Shown: positions 41,080-54,959 of the stretch, piece by piece
Layout: the number at the start of each line of letters is the position of its first letter
Numbering within the stretch: position 1 is the first letter of the stretch
DNA from: Octopus vulgaris
Taxonomy: Eukaryota
Length of the DNA: 64,000 nucleotides
Assembly: GCA_951406725.2 (NCBI GenBank)
Contig: OX597824.1
Span: forward strand, 97,836,001-97,900,000
Direction of reading: 5' to 3'
The notes under the pieces: generated by a model
The model's database searches: none
Seen by the model: the letters and a program-made list of their open reading frames with translations, nothing else
What the model was told of the DNA's origin: nothing
Position numbers and translations under genes: made by a program

Positions 41080-41187
41080 AAAGAAAGAAAGAGACCTCGA
41101 TATTATGTAAATAGAGGAATTTATCTGTAAATATAATATGTGACAATTATCATGGCTACCGAATAATTGTCACATATTATATTTACA
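41078..41187. mobile_element. Family D remnant with a 25-bp fold-back
   Basis: Arms 41126-41150 and 41163-41187. Homologous to 30621-30701. (TA)n flanks. Confidence 0.8.
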
Positions 41188-41393
41188 TATATATATATAT
41201 ATATTAAACCCACAATATACGAAAGCATCTTTGCCCTGACGTATGGCCTCTTAGACGACTCACGTACACACACATACAAAGGGAGAGAGCGAGAGAGGGA
41301 GGGAAAGAGAGAGAGAGAGCGAGAGAGGGAAGGAAAGAGAGAGAAGCAAAAGAAAAGATGAAGATATACAGACGTACAGAGAGTTGAGGACTG

Positions 41394-41436
41394 AGGGTGC
41401 GTACAGGGTGTGTACAGGGTGCGTACAGGGTGCGTA
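41394..41436. repeat. 11-bp minisatellite (AGGGTGCGTAC) x4
   Basis: Directly visible. Confidence 0.9.
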
Positions 41437-41684
41437 AAAAATGTGTGAGACTTGGCAGTGGTTGAACAAATGTAGATTTTTCTTTTTAGCTGAATGTGTG
41501 TTAACTGTACTTTAGATAATGACAGATTTAGTAGGGGGTGGGGGGTAGGGTGGGGTGGATGAGATGAGGCCTTGACTTATAAAGATAGGATTCTGATATA
41601 CATACATACATATATACATATACATATACACGTACGCGAACGCACATACACACATACATGTACACATATATGCATATATAAGTA

Positions 41685-41771
<87 letters not shown>

Positions 41772-41774
41772 ATA

Positions 41775-41953
41775 AAGTTAATCCAAACATGAAAACACAA
41801 AGAGAAAACACAACAACGCGAGGACGTGGAACAAGTATAGTGTTATTGGACGCTCAGGAAAGAAGGAGGGTTTAACGTTTCGAGCGGAGCTCTTCGTCGG
41901 AAACATAGAAGGAAAGATCCAGAGAAGGGAAGACAGAGGAAAAAATCGCCAAC

Positions 41954-41955
<2 letters not shown>
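41775..41955 (-). mobile_element. Short (TA)n-embedded PLE-like element, family E, hammerhead-like motif at 41870-41904
   Basis: GTTT-CCGACGA-A-GAGC-TCC-GCTC-GAAACGT-T-AAAC. (TA)n on both sides. Confidence 0.75.
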
Positions 41956-41984
<29 letters not shown>

Positions 41985-41987
<3 letters not shown>

Positions 41988-42075
41988 CGCAGGAGTGGGT
42001 GTGTGGTAAGTAGCTTGCTTACCAACCACATGGTTCCAGGTTCAGTTCCACTGCGTGGCACCTTGGGCATGTGTA
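41985..42075 (+). mobile_element. SINE 5' head fragment
   Basis: Matches the reverse complement of 55375-55460 and 44585-44675. Confidence 0.8.
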
Positions 42076-42447
42076 TCGTTTCTCTGCTGTACGAATAAAA
42101 CAGCCAGTACTCAGCACGGCTTAGGCGCTCACCCACTCAGTTGCTTTTTAAAATGTAGAACTCATGTAAAAGCCATCAAAGTATTCTACATTTGGAGAAG
42201 AGGATGATTAGCATCGGAATCAATGTTGAAGACTCGGGGTCGGCGAGGAAATCGTAAGATGGCGAGGAAACTTGTTGACACTTCATAATAGACAGAAATA
42301 TTAAGAAATAAACTGTTTTAGAACAGAACAGAAAAGAATTTTATGTGTGATTCAGCAGCGAAAAATGACGGTTTTATGAAGTAATTTAGTTTCATAACAT
42401 GGTCGAATATGAAGTCATATGATAAATATACACAGGCACACACAGAC

Positions 42448-42478
<31 letters not shown>

Positions 42479-42568
42479 CACACACACGCACGCACACGTA
42501 CACACACGTAATACTTTAGTTTATCTAACAATCTAACACACCTAAGATTATATATTTAGGTTACTGTC

Positions 42569-42627
<59 letters not shown>

Positions 42628-42801
42628 TGAGTTGTTGTGTGTGCGCGCACACATACACACACACACACGCACACACACAGAACGCATACATATATATAGA
42701 TCTATTGACATAGCTGCACACACGCAGTCAGATACACATATCAACATATATATACGTCTATGCTTCTGTATTGTGTGTGCGTGTGTGTCTGTGTGTACCT
42801 G

Positions 42802-42844
<43 letters not shown>

Positions 42845-43149
42845 GTACCCGTGTTTTTATAGACACGTGTGATATAGAAAGCCGCTGATATATCTGATAC
42901 GATATATCTAACAATAACACATAAGCAGGGACCTCCTCCCTTTCATGTCTGACACATCTCCCTGATGAAACGATCGCTGCCTCCCCCGGGGATCGTTGTA
43001 TCATCCCAGAAATCACTCAGCGAACTTCGTTGGAAGCTAAAACGGAAACGTTGGAATCCTTAATCCTACATCCAAATCACAAATCCAGACCGTAAATCTA
43101 TATTTTAAGTGGAAATCATAAATCCACTCCTTAAAACCGAATTCTTGAT

Positions 43150-43830
43150 TCATGTCTCTTTTGCTGGTTTCAGTTATTGGATTGCGACCATGCTGGGGCA
43201 CTGCCCTGAAGAGTTTTAGTCAAACAACCTCAGACCAGAACTCGTGTGTTTTTGTTTGTTTGTTTTTTTTTTTTTTTTTTCAATTTTATGTCTGGTATTT
43301 ATTCGATCTGATTATTTTGCCGATTCGCTAATACGGGTACATACACAAGCCAACTGCGGTTGTCAAGCGGGTGTTGGAAACAAACACGAAGACAAACACA
43401 CGAATACATGCATGCATGCATACATACATACATACATACAAAAATACCTTGCTGTTGATGTTGAAATTCCAATGACGGAGCCTTGGATCTAGGTTAGAAA
43501 CCGGTTCTTTCTCTATTGGCAAGAAATCTTGGAATAAACTGTATAATGATATACATACATACATACATACATACATAAATACATACATACATACATACAT
43601 ACATACATGCATAAATACATACATACATACATACATACATACATACATACATACATACATACATACATACATACATACACAACTGGCTTCCACACAATTT
43701 CACTCGACTAAATCCATTCACAAGACTTTGGTCGGCCCACGGCTTTAATAGAAGACACACGCCCAAGGTGCGACGCAGTGGGACTGAAATTACGTTGCTG
43801 CAAAGCGAACCACGCACCCTCCAGTCATAA
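43150..43830 (-). mobile_element. SINE interrupted by (TACA)n and a nested insertion
   Basis: Colinear with the 55080-55460 copy. Confidence 0.7.
43441..43550 (+). mobile_element. Short (TACA)n-embedded element, family F, with a degenerate hammerhead-like motif
   Basis: CCAATGA-CGG-AGCCT(TGGATCT)AGGTT-A-GAAACCGGT-T with palindromic ACCGGT and a downstream AATAAA. Stem I is poor. Confidence 0.5.
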
Positions 43831-44273
43831 ATCCTAAGATGTATCGCTTTATTCTAGATCGTAACTCCGTGTTATTTATCCAAATCTGAACTTCACATCT
43901 CAAATCTAGATTTTAAATTTGCATTCTTATTCTGGATCTTAGATCCATATAAGAAATCCAAATTTTAAATCTAGATTTTCATCTGACCCTAAATTCACAT
44001 TTATAAAAATCCTGGCTTAGATATCCATTTAAATCGATATAATCGATTAAAGTTTCAAAGTGGTGTCCCATCTTGAGCTCTCCAGCTTAGAATGAAAGGT
44101 GAGTGTATCTCGGTCGATTGACAAACAACCACGAAACTTGTCGATTCGATCTCCAACGCATCCCAACTGTGGGTGTGGCGTAACACCGGTCGTCAAGCGG
44201 TGGTGGGACACAAATACAGACACACAGACGCACACACACACACACACAATATATAATATATATATATATATAC

Positions 44274-44362
<89 letters not shown>

Positions 44363-44387
44363 ATTTCGTGTATGTATATATATATAT

Positions 44388-44493
44388 TGATAGAAATGGT
44401 AAGACAACAAAAGAATGAAAGAGACCTCGATATTATGTGTAAATAGAAGAATTTATCTGTAAATATAACATGTGACAATTATATTTACAGATA
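44388..44493. mobile_element. Family D remnant with a 15-bp fold-back
   Basis: Arms 44454-44468 and 44479-44493. Homologous to 30640-30720 in reverse orientation. (TA)n flanks. Confidence 0.8.
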
Positions 44494-44504
44494 TATATAT
44501 ATAT

Positions 44505-44675
44505 ACGAAGGACTTCTTTCAGTTTCCGTCTACCAAATCCACTCGCAAGGCTTTGGTCGGCCTGAGGCTATAGTAGAAGACACTTGGCCAAGGTGCCATG
44601 CAGTGGGACTGAACCTGGAGCCATGTGGTTGGGTGGTAAGCAAGCTACTTACCACACAGCCACGCCTCCGCCTAT
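44505..44675 (-). mobile_element. tRNA-derived SINE, 5' part
   Basis: Matches 55295-55460. Confidence 0.85.
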
Positions 44676-45734
44676 AATACGTATGGAAATATATACACAG
44701 GAGTCCTCGGACCCAGACCACCGTCCTCCCCCCATACCAAGGCTCCCCCTCTCACTCACTCCGCCATCTGGATTCACACCTGCCACTCGGTATAATCAAC
44801 TCTCCACACACCTGCCTTTAATACTCCCCCCTACACAAACGCAAAACTAATTCCACCTCCTCCTTCCACTCACGATTATAATCCTACCCCCACCTCACTA
44901 CCATAACTGTACCCACCCACCCCACTTTTACGTGAGTTGATATCCTCCCACCCCGACATGGTTTCACGGACAAATCACAGCACAATTGTTTAATTGACCC
45001 CTTCCCTTTTCCTCCCCTCCCCTCCACCCACATAATACCCTTAATACACTTCTTGTGATCCGATCCGATCAACGTGACACCAACAGAGGGGTGGGTGGCA
45101 AGGCTGGATACCTTGAAATACAGGTACGACACACTTCTGCCAGCTAATTGGCTGGAGCTGCGAGAAATAAAGTGTCTTGCTCAAGAAAACAACACACCGC
45201 TGAGAAATCGAACCCACGACCTTCTGATCGCCAGCCGAATACTCCAAGCCACACATACACACACATACACAGAACTCACACACACATATACACGCATTCA
45301 CACATACATGCACAGCCATACAAACATACAAAGACATTTTGTGTGGTGACGACGACTACGACGGAGGACCACAGCGATGACGACGATGACCAAACAGCAG
45401 ACAAGGGAATTCCCCCGTTTCATGGTTACGTCATTCGTTAAGGGTGGAAGATATCGTTGCGTCGCGTCAACTGTTGGGGATTCTGTGTGTGTGTGTGTGT
45501 GTGTATGAATATATAGATTTATGAATACATCTGTGTATGTGAGAGAGAGAGTGGGGGAGAGGGGGAGAGAAAACGTTTGTGTGTGCGTATGTCGTAGACC
45601 TAGAGGCTGCTACTAAATTATTTGAAGGTCTTTGCGTCATTAACAAGAATGGCTGGTGGTGTTGGTGGTTGTTGTTGTTGTGGTGGTGGTGGTGGTGGCG
45701 GCAGAGAATGTATTTTTAAAAAATTATTATTATT

Positions 45735-46120
45735 ACTTCACTTGTTTTAGTTATTGGACGATTGCGGTCATGCTGGAGCAACACCTTGAACGGCCGAGCG
45801 AACCTATCCAAGCCTTTGCTTTTTTTAAATTCTGGTTCGTATTTTATCAGCCTCTAATTCTCGATTTGCTAAGTTACAGAAACGTAAACAAACGAAGACA
45901 GGACATCAAGTGATGGACAGCACAAATAAAAATACAAACACACACACACATACGATGGGCTTCCACACAGTCTCCATCTACCAAATTCATTCACAAAGCA
46001 ATTGCTGGCCCAGGAGGCAATAGCAGAAATACTTGACGAAGGAGCCACGCTGTGGGACTGAACCGAAATCCATAAGATTGCTTCTTATCTACGTAACCAT
46101 GTCAACGCCTGTCACACAGC
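45735..46120 (-). mobile_element. Diverged SINE
   Basis: Colinear with 55080-55460. Confidence 0.7.
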
Positions 46121-46160
46121 CATGCATACCACACACACACACACACACACATACATACAG

Positions 46161-46191
<31 letters not shown>

Positions 46192-46612
46192 TACACATAC
46201 ATGAATACATATGCACAGACATAAGTGCACACGCACGCATACAAACATGTATACATACATTCAACAGGCTTCAGTACAGTTTCCGTTTACCAAATTCACT
46301 CACAATGAATTGGTCGGTCTAGGACATTGGCAGGATTGATCCTGAAGCCTCCCCTCCAAACGGAGCCAAGTTCTTCAACACACGCGACCATAACTGCGCC
46401 GAGGAAAATTTATTTAAGTTTTGTGACGTCATTGTGTGTGTATGTGTGGTTGCATGTGCGAGGTTATGTGTTTGTGTATGTATTTATATATGTATGCGTG
46501 CGATTTTCGCATCTCAACGTCCTTGGGTGCGTGTACGTGTGTCTAAAGGAACACGCATGTATGTGTATTCGCATATACACCTGTTTGCGTGTATGCGTGT
46601 TTGTGAGTGTGC

Positions 46613-46696
<84 letters not shown>

Positions 46697-47113
46697 ATGC
46701 GTGCGATCGAAACAATATGAAAATCAGACAAAATCGGGAGAGGAAAAAAAGGGGCGAAAATGATATTTGTGTATATGCGTGTATGAGTGCGTGTATGAGT
46801 GCGTGTGTGTATGTATGAGTGTGTGATTGCGTCAGTATGCGTGTGTATACGGATATGTGAGATAATGAGTGTATGTGTGTGTGTGTGCTTGTGAGATAAT
46901 GTGTGAGAGGTGGTGGTGGTCGTGGTGGTGGCGATGTCGATTAAGGTTGATAACGATGATGGCGGTGGTGATGACGACGAAGAAAGCTAAACAAGTATTG
47001 TAAAGGGGGAATCCCCCATACTTCTGGGTCACGTGACATTATAGCCATCGTTGCAGAAAAGCAACCGTTGTGTGTCCATATGTGTGAGTGTGTGTGTGAG
47101 AGAGTGTATGTGC

Positions 47114-47196
<83 letters not shown>

Positions 47197-48069
47197 ACTG
47201 GTTACTGTGTTCGGCGCGTGATGTTTACGCGCGTGTGTGGTGGTGGGGGATGAAAGAAAAAAGGACGGGAGACACAGAGGCACCAAAAACAAATAACAAT
47301 AACTACTGCTGCTACTGCTGCTGCTGCTGCTACCGTATTATTATCTCTGATCTACAACAACAAGCGCAACAGTGAATTGTCAGAATCGAAAGAGCGCCGG
47401 ACGAAATGACTTGCGCTAGTGTAGTTTTGTTTGTTTGTTTGTTATTTGTATTCTGGGTTCAAATTCCACCCATGGCCTACCCGAGTAAATCGACTGAACC
47501 CGGTTTAACCCGACCCTTTGGTACTTGGGCCTCCCCTCTGGCGCAAGCAATCGGCTCAGGACTCGTCTCCGCTTTCTTCCTCTTGCGTCTCCGATTCGTG
47601 GGCCCTGCTCTGCCCTCATCACTAAGCAGGGAGAGGAGGAGGGGAGAGGGGGAGAGATGGGAGAGAGAGTGTGTGTATGCGAGAAGAGTGAAGCATAGCG
47701 AGAGACCCTCTTCGCACTCGTTCGTCCTGGTAGAAAAGATAGTCAAACCTACCTCAAAGCGCACAATCATGTTTTAAGAATTAATAGCACCTCACAAAAT
47801 GTGATTGTAATTATGCAAAAAGGACGCGGTGGTCACGTTTGGAACAACTGACCTGGGATTAAACGAAAGAAGCAGTAATACATTTCCTCACCACCATCAT
47901 CACCACCACCATCTCCGCCATGAGGTAGGTCCTTGCTAGAAAATGCAGCCAACCATCTAGCAATAAAAATTTGTCTCCTTATTAGAGGAAACATTGCGCA
48001 ATGTACTCCAAGATACACTTTGATTAACGGAGTGGGTGATCATGGCTGGAACAACTGTGATTACATTAT

Positions 48070-48386
48070 AAGCGCTAGATTAACCATTAAACAAAATATG
48101 GAGGTGCTTAGGGCAATAAAGAAAGGGGGCACCCCTGAAATGGTAGATGGTCTACGGCACAAAATAAACCCTTTTAAACTTGCCAAAATAATATTCTAAG
48201 TGTTGATGGGGTCACAGTGAAGATCTGATCAAAGACTTTGCAATAAAAAAACTAAAAAAAGTGGGAGAAAACTTTGCAAAAACGAATAAAATGGTTTATT
48301 ATTCTTTAGATTCCGAATTACATGTCTAAGGGAAAACCAAAATCTTTTAAATGTTTAGGGCCTCGATGGGTCTTAATCCAGCACTG
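48070..48386. mobile_element. Possible hAT-like MITE
   Basis: Imperfect TIRs AAGCGCTAGATTAA and TTAATCCAGCACTG. No clear 8-bp TSD. Confidence 0.4.
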
Positions 48387-48518
48387 TTTTAATCACACAC
48401 ATGTTTCGATGCATGTGGGGATATACACATAAATGTAGATGTGTATTTATGTTCATATATGTATATATCTATGTATATATATATAAGTGTATATGTGTGT
48501 GTGTGTGTATGTGTGTGT

Positions 48519-48573
<55 letters not shown>

Positions 48574-48679
48574 CACTGGAAACACAAATCGTTATATGCA
48601 GTAAAACACACACACACGCATAAAGCAGAATCGGCGTTGCTACAAATTTTTCTGTCTTCTACTACAGTGAATATATATT

Positions 48680-48910
48680 TATTTCTTTATTGCCCAGAGG
48701 GGGCCAAACTTAGAGGGGCCAAACAAGGACAGGCATAGGGATTAAGTCGACTACATTGTACCCAGTGAGTAACTGGTACTTATTTAATCGACTCCAAAAG
48801 AATGAAAGGCAAAGTCGACCTCGGCGAAATTTGAACTCAGAACGTAGCGACAGACGAAATGCCGCTAAGCATTTCGCCCGGCGTCCTAACGATTCTGCCA
48901 GCTCGCCGCC
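48680..48910 (-). mobile_element. Nin/Deu-like SINE
   Basis: Reverse-complement match to 29113-29337. Confidence 0.85.
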
Positions 48911-49054
48911 CTAGAGCGAATATATACTATACTATACATCGATATTATATATTATACTATACATATATACTATATATTGATATTGATTCTGTACGGCCCG
49001 AGTTTCGCGATCACAGATCGCTGTTAACTGTGATCCTAGCTTCTTATATACACA

Positions 49055-49215
49055 ATGGACTTCTTTCACTTTCTGTCTCCCAAATGCACCCAGAAGGCAT
49101 TGGTTGGCCCGAGGCTATAGTAGAAAACACTCATCCAAGGCACCACGCAGTGGGATTGAACCTGGAAACATGTGGCTGAGAGAGAAACTTCTTACCCCAC
49201 AGCCACGCCTGCGCC
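49055..49215 (-). mobile_element. SINE 5' part
   Basis: Matches 44505-44675. Confidence 0.75.
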
Positions 49216-49767
49216 AACAATTATTATCTTCTGCAGACAGAACTATGTTTGCAGTAGCACCACCACCACCCACCCCTGACCACCACCACCAAATAAACAA
49301 GCAGGTATTTTGCAGTCATCTGTCGAAAACATTACGACACGTTGCAAATGAAGGAACAACTTGTAAGAGAGAGAAACTTCTTCGGCAAAACGAAGAGAGA
49401 AACCGTTTTGGCATTCTTTCTAACTTCTAAAACGAAACTCTGCAAAGGGATTTCTTTCCACCAAAATAAATATCAATTTTTAAGACAACAAATAGAAACA
49501 TTTCTTCGCGCAAAGCATTTTGATGGGGAATGCGGTGGTGGTGGTGGTGGTTGGGGGGAGGGGAACACGAAAAGAAAGTGAAACATTCATAAGATGTTCG
49601 CCACGCAACTTATGCGGTTCTAGGTTCAATTCCCACAGCCCTGCGCATAGCGGGGAGTGAGTGCCTTTCACTGCAGCACCCAGCACCCTGCTGAGCAATT
49701 TCATTGAGAAATTTCGTAGAGGGTACTGCACATTCTCTCTCTCCCCCTTCCTGTCCCCTCTCTCTCT

Positions 49768-49808
<41 letters not shown>

Positions 49809-49813
49809 ACTCC

Positions 49814-49867
<54 letters not shown>

Positions 49868-49950
49868 TAAAAAATGAAGTTTGAAAATGCTGCTTCACTT
49901 CATTTTTTACAAATATATACCCACTCGTATACGAGCTAATCTTATTATAA

Positions 49951-50004
<54 letters not shown>

Positions 50005-50008
<4 letters not shown>

Positions 50009-50160
50009 CCCTGTTTATTTCTGTGTTCCTTTCTGTTGAAGAGCGTAGGCTCGAAACGTAAAAGACTTTCTCACTTCCCGAGCGTTAAACTAATACATCT
50101 GTTTGTTGTCTACACACCCGTTCTTCGTCTTTTTCTTTTTTTTTTTTTGTAAATTCGCTC
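50005..50160 (+). mobile_element. Short (TA)n-embedded PLE-like element, family B, hammerhead-like motif at 50029-50064
   Basis: CTTT-CTGTTGA-A-GAGC-GTAG-GCTC-GAAACGT-A-AAAG. Confidence 0.78.
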
Positions 50161-50168
50161 TATATATA

Positions 50169-50235
<67 letters not shown>

Positions 50236-50798
50236 CTATGCATACATTTAAATATGTCAATAAATACTTTTAGAAATGAAGGATAGCTCGAACGCAGGAG
50301 AATTGCCGGGAGAACAGTTTTAGAAAATCTGGTTAAAATACCCCTATAGGCGGAAAGAAGTGACCAGCGGTGCTACGGGGAACCGAACCCTGTGCCTCTG
50401 AAATTACGTACGCACACACACACATGCTGCCTTGCCTTGGAACCTCAACTCCTTTGTGGATTGATAGAAGCGCCATCGTGACGTAAGGGGCATCTGAGGC
50501 ATGTTTAGACCTGACGAAGCCCTTCCACTGCCAAGCATGGCAGATAAAAAGACAAGAGAGAAAGAAAGGAAGGAGTAGAAGACCAGGACCCGAGTACAGA
50601 ACTGGTACTTTATTTTGATCTATCTCTAAAGGTTGGAAAGATGAAATGGGGTGATTTGAACCCAGAGCTCTAAGAACCGAAACGACTGCCCTAACACTTC
50701 TGCTAAGACAGATAGACAGATAGATGGTTAGATAGATAGACAGGCTGACAGACAGACAGAGAGGCAGACAGATGGATGGATAGATAGATAGATGGATG

Positions 50799-50880
<82 letters not shown>

Positions 50881-50997
50881 GATTAATAGATAGATAGACA
50901 GACAGATACTTGTACATTACATATGCTTGCGCATGTGTGCTTGTGTATGGTGTTCAAGTGTGGATATTCACGTATACATATATGCATGTATGTTATA

Positions 50998-51064
<67 letters not shown>

Positions 51065-51159
51065 GTATATATCTATATATATATTATATATATATATATA
51101 TATAATGTATATATATGTATATATATATAAATTCATAATGAGGGTGAAAAATTAGATAT

Positions 51160-51209
<50 letters not shown>

Positions 51210-51274
51210 CATACATATACATATACATACATATATAAATATATATATACATACATACATATATAAATACACAC

Positions 51275-51327
<53 letters not shown>

Positions 51328-51411
51328 CAGAGAGAGAGAGATAGGATATATATACACGTGTTGTTATACACGCAATATATATTTATAGCTATAACAAATG
51401 CACGCAGACGT

Positions 51412-51486
<75 letters not shown>

Positions 51487-51891
51487 AACATACATATATG
51501 GGCGCGAAATTGTTATGATTTTTGGACGATAATTGACGAGGGAAGGACAACATGTCCACGCCTTGTGTGCGTGGATTTCCCGTGTGTTCCGTTGCCGTCT
51601 TTCCTGTGCAATACGTACGCGTATGCATCTATGTATGGATATATGTATGCATGGATGGGTGTATGACTAAGGTAAACAAAGCAACGAGAGCGCGATGCTG
51701 CCGCTGCTTCTGCTGCTGCCGCTGCCTGTTGGCATCTCTGTGACACTGGCCACCACAATGGATGAGACTTCTCTCTTCTTACTTTCCTAAGAGTTTTTTT
51801 ATTAAACAAAAACATGAACCGACAAAGAACCAGCAGTGTTTGTGTGTTTGTGTTTGTGTCTCTACCTGCATGTCTGAATGTGGATGTCAGC

Positions 51892-51940
<49 letters not shown>

Positions 51941-52031
51941 CATATACATATATATATACATATATATATATACATGTATATATATACATGTATATATATA
52001 CATGTATATATATACATGTATATGTATATAT

Positions 52032-52087
<56 letters not shown>

Positions 52088-52570
52088 GCACACATATATA
52101 TATATATTCTTTTATTATTTTATTTGTTTCAGACATTTGACTGCGACTATGCTGGAGCATCGCCCTATATATATATATATATATATATATCGATCGTCGG
52201 TAAAGCATAAAGTCGACAAAGAAGCATCCTCTAAAGTTATATATAAATCATAAAACTGTCATATATTCCACGGTTTCAGTTTCGGTCCTCCACATCAACT
52301 CCCAAGAGATATTGGTCGGCCCGAGGCTATAGCAGGAGACATTTGTCAAAGGCGCCTTGCTGTGGAACTGAACCCAGAACCGTGTGGTAGAGAGGCAAAC
52401 TTCACACGGCACAGCCAAGACTGCGATAAATATATATACATATATAAACATACACTTATGAGTAAGTGTATTAGTGTGTGTGTGTGTGAATATAAACGAA
52501 CGCGGCTTAATAAAGATTAATGCGCTCATATACATTCATGCGTGCAAAACATACACACGCACACACACAC

Positions 52571-52602
<32 letters not shown>

Positions 52603-52757
52603 TCCTTCTATATATGTATATATACATGTATACATGCATGCATGCTTAACATGCACATATATAAATATATACACATGCATACATATATATGTGTGTGCGT
52701 GTATATATATATATATACACGCAAATACATATATATATATATATACATACATATATA

Positions 52758-52816
<59 letters not shown>

Positions 52817-52938
52817 ATGGTGGAGATGTAAACAAATACATGAAAATATAAAATTTATTTTATAATACATACACGCTCATTTGTAAGTTTGTATGCATGA
52901 ATAGATAGATAGACAAACAGACAGACAGACAGACTGAC

Positions 52939-53005
<67 letters not shown>

Positions 53006-53279
53006 GAGATAGACAGTCATATATATATAATTCTTTAAGTGTGCACGTGTATATACTGTCATCAACGCATGCTGTAGTTGTATATAAACAAGCAAAATGA
53101 AACACAGCGCTATGATAAGAGAGAAAACAGAGGGTGTATATGTGTGTATATTTGTGTATTGATGCATATATATATATATATATATACACTATATACCTAC
53201 ATAAATATATATACAGTATATATATATATATATATACATATTAAATTATATCAATCATGTATCTATCTATCTATCTATC

Positions 53280-53368
<89 letters not shown>

Positions 53369-53925
53369 CTAGAATAGAATAGAATAGAAATGTGTTCTTA
53401 CCTGACCACTACTATAGAGAGGTGTCCAAAAAGATGGTTGGTTATGTCCGTATAAACAGAAACTTTAATGAGACCATCGGATTAACCGGCGGCTCCACCA
53501 GTGTGCAGCTCCTGTATCTGTGTGTCCGTGTGTCCGTGTACGGCTCTCTCTCGCTGACAGGCAGAAAAGCCAGACTCCCAGAAAGGATTTCACGCGGTTC
53601 TGTCTTAAACACAAGCCTTTTCAGCTTTCTTCATTACTATTGGAGTACATGGCTGCTGCTGCTGCTGATTCTGTTGTCGGTGCTTGGCGGGCGTCATGTG
53701 GAGGAGGGGGGAAACGGTGGGGAAGATGGTGATGGATACGGTGATGGCGGGGGCAGCGGTGGTGGTAATCTGCAACGGAGGAGGAGGAGGGGGCGCTGAT
53801 CACGCTTAGAACAGAGCGATGGGGATGGTGGTGGTAGTGTGTATATATACATACATACATATATACATATATATATGTGTGTGTGTGTGTGTATATATAT
53901 ATGTGTGTGTGTGTGTATATATATA

Positions 53926-53959
<34 letters not shown>

Positions 53960-54007
53960 GATGCGTTTGTGTGTGAGTGTATATATATATATGTGTGTAT
54001 GTGTGTG

Positions 54008-54044
<37 letters not shown>

Positions 54045-54067
54045 ATATATGTGTGTGTGTATGTGTG

Positions 54068-54110
<43 letters not shown>

Positions 54111-54618
54111 GTGTGTGTGTGTGTGTAGTACTAAATGTTGTGGTGGTGGTGTTGACGAGGGGGTTTGTTAATTCTTAATGGGAGATGATGATAACAACAG
54201 CATCGTCGGTGGGTGGTTGTTTTAATGATGGGGTGGGGTGGGGGGAGGAATAGGTTGCTTCATTGACAGGGAGGGAGGGGGGAGATTTTGAATCGGGAGT
54301 GAGGTAACATGTGGTGATGATAGTAAATGTATTGTTGTTGTTAGTAGTAGTGATGATGATGATGATGATGATGATGATGTGCTGTTGGGAGTATTTTTAC
54401 TGGTGTTGGGGTTGGTATTGGTGGTGATGTTGATCTAGAAGTTGTAGATGTAGTAGTAGTAGTGGCGGTGGTAGTGGTGGTGGTGGTGGTGGTGGTGGTG
54501 GTGGTGGTGGTGCGTTGACTTTGACTTGTGACTTTAAAGTTGACATGTTGACAATATCCGTCACATTGACAACGTAGAATGGAACAATCGGTGACGGGCT
54601 TCAGGGGGTTTACACACA

Positions 54619-54714
<96 letters not shown>

Positions 54715-54959
54715 TATACAGTCTACTCAAGTCTGGTCTCAGATGTGATGGCGAGAACGGATTAAGAGATTAAACCCCTCACACATATACAAATAGTCAC
54801 GCACTCTTCTATATACACACGCAGACACAAATACACATGAGATGTGTATATGTTGCTTGTATGTATGTATGTATGTATGTATGTATATACACATATATAC
54901 ACACACATATATATATACACATACACACATACATAAATATGTGTATGTGTGTGTGCGTC

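Noticed and set aside
42958-43058. CTGATGA followed by an AACGATC/GATCGTT stem and a distant GAAACGTT, as a hammerhead
   Set aside because: GAAA does not follow the stem directly and no closing stem II links the core halves.
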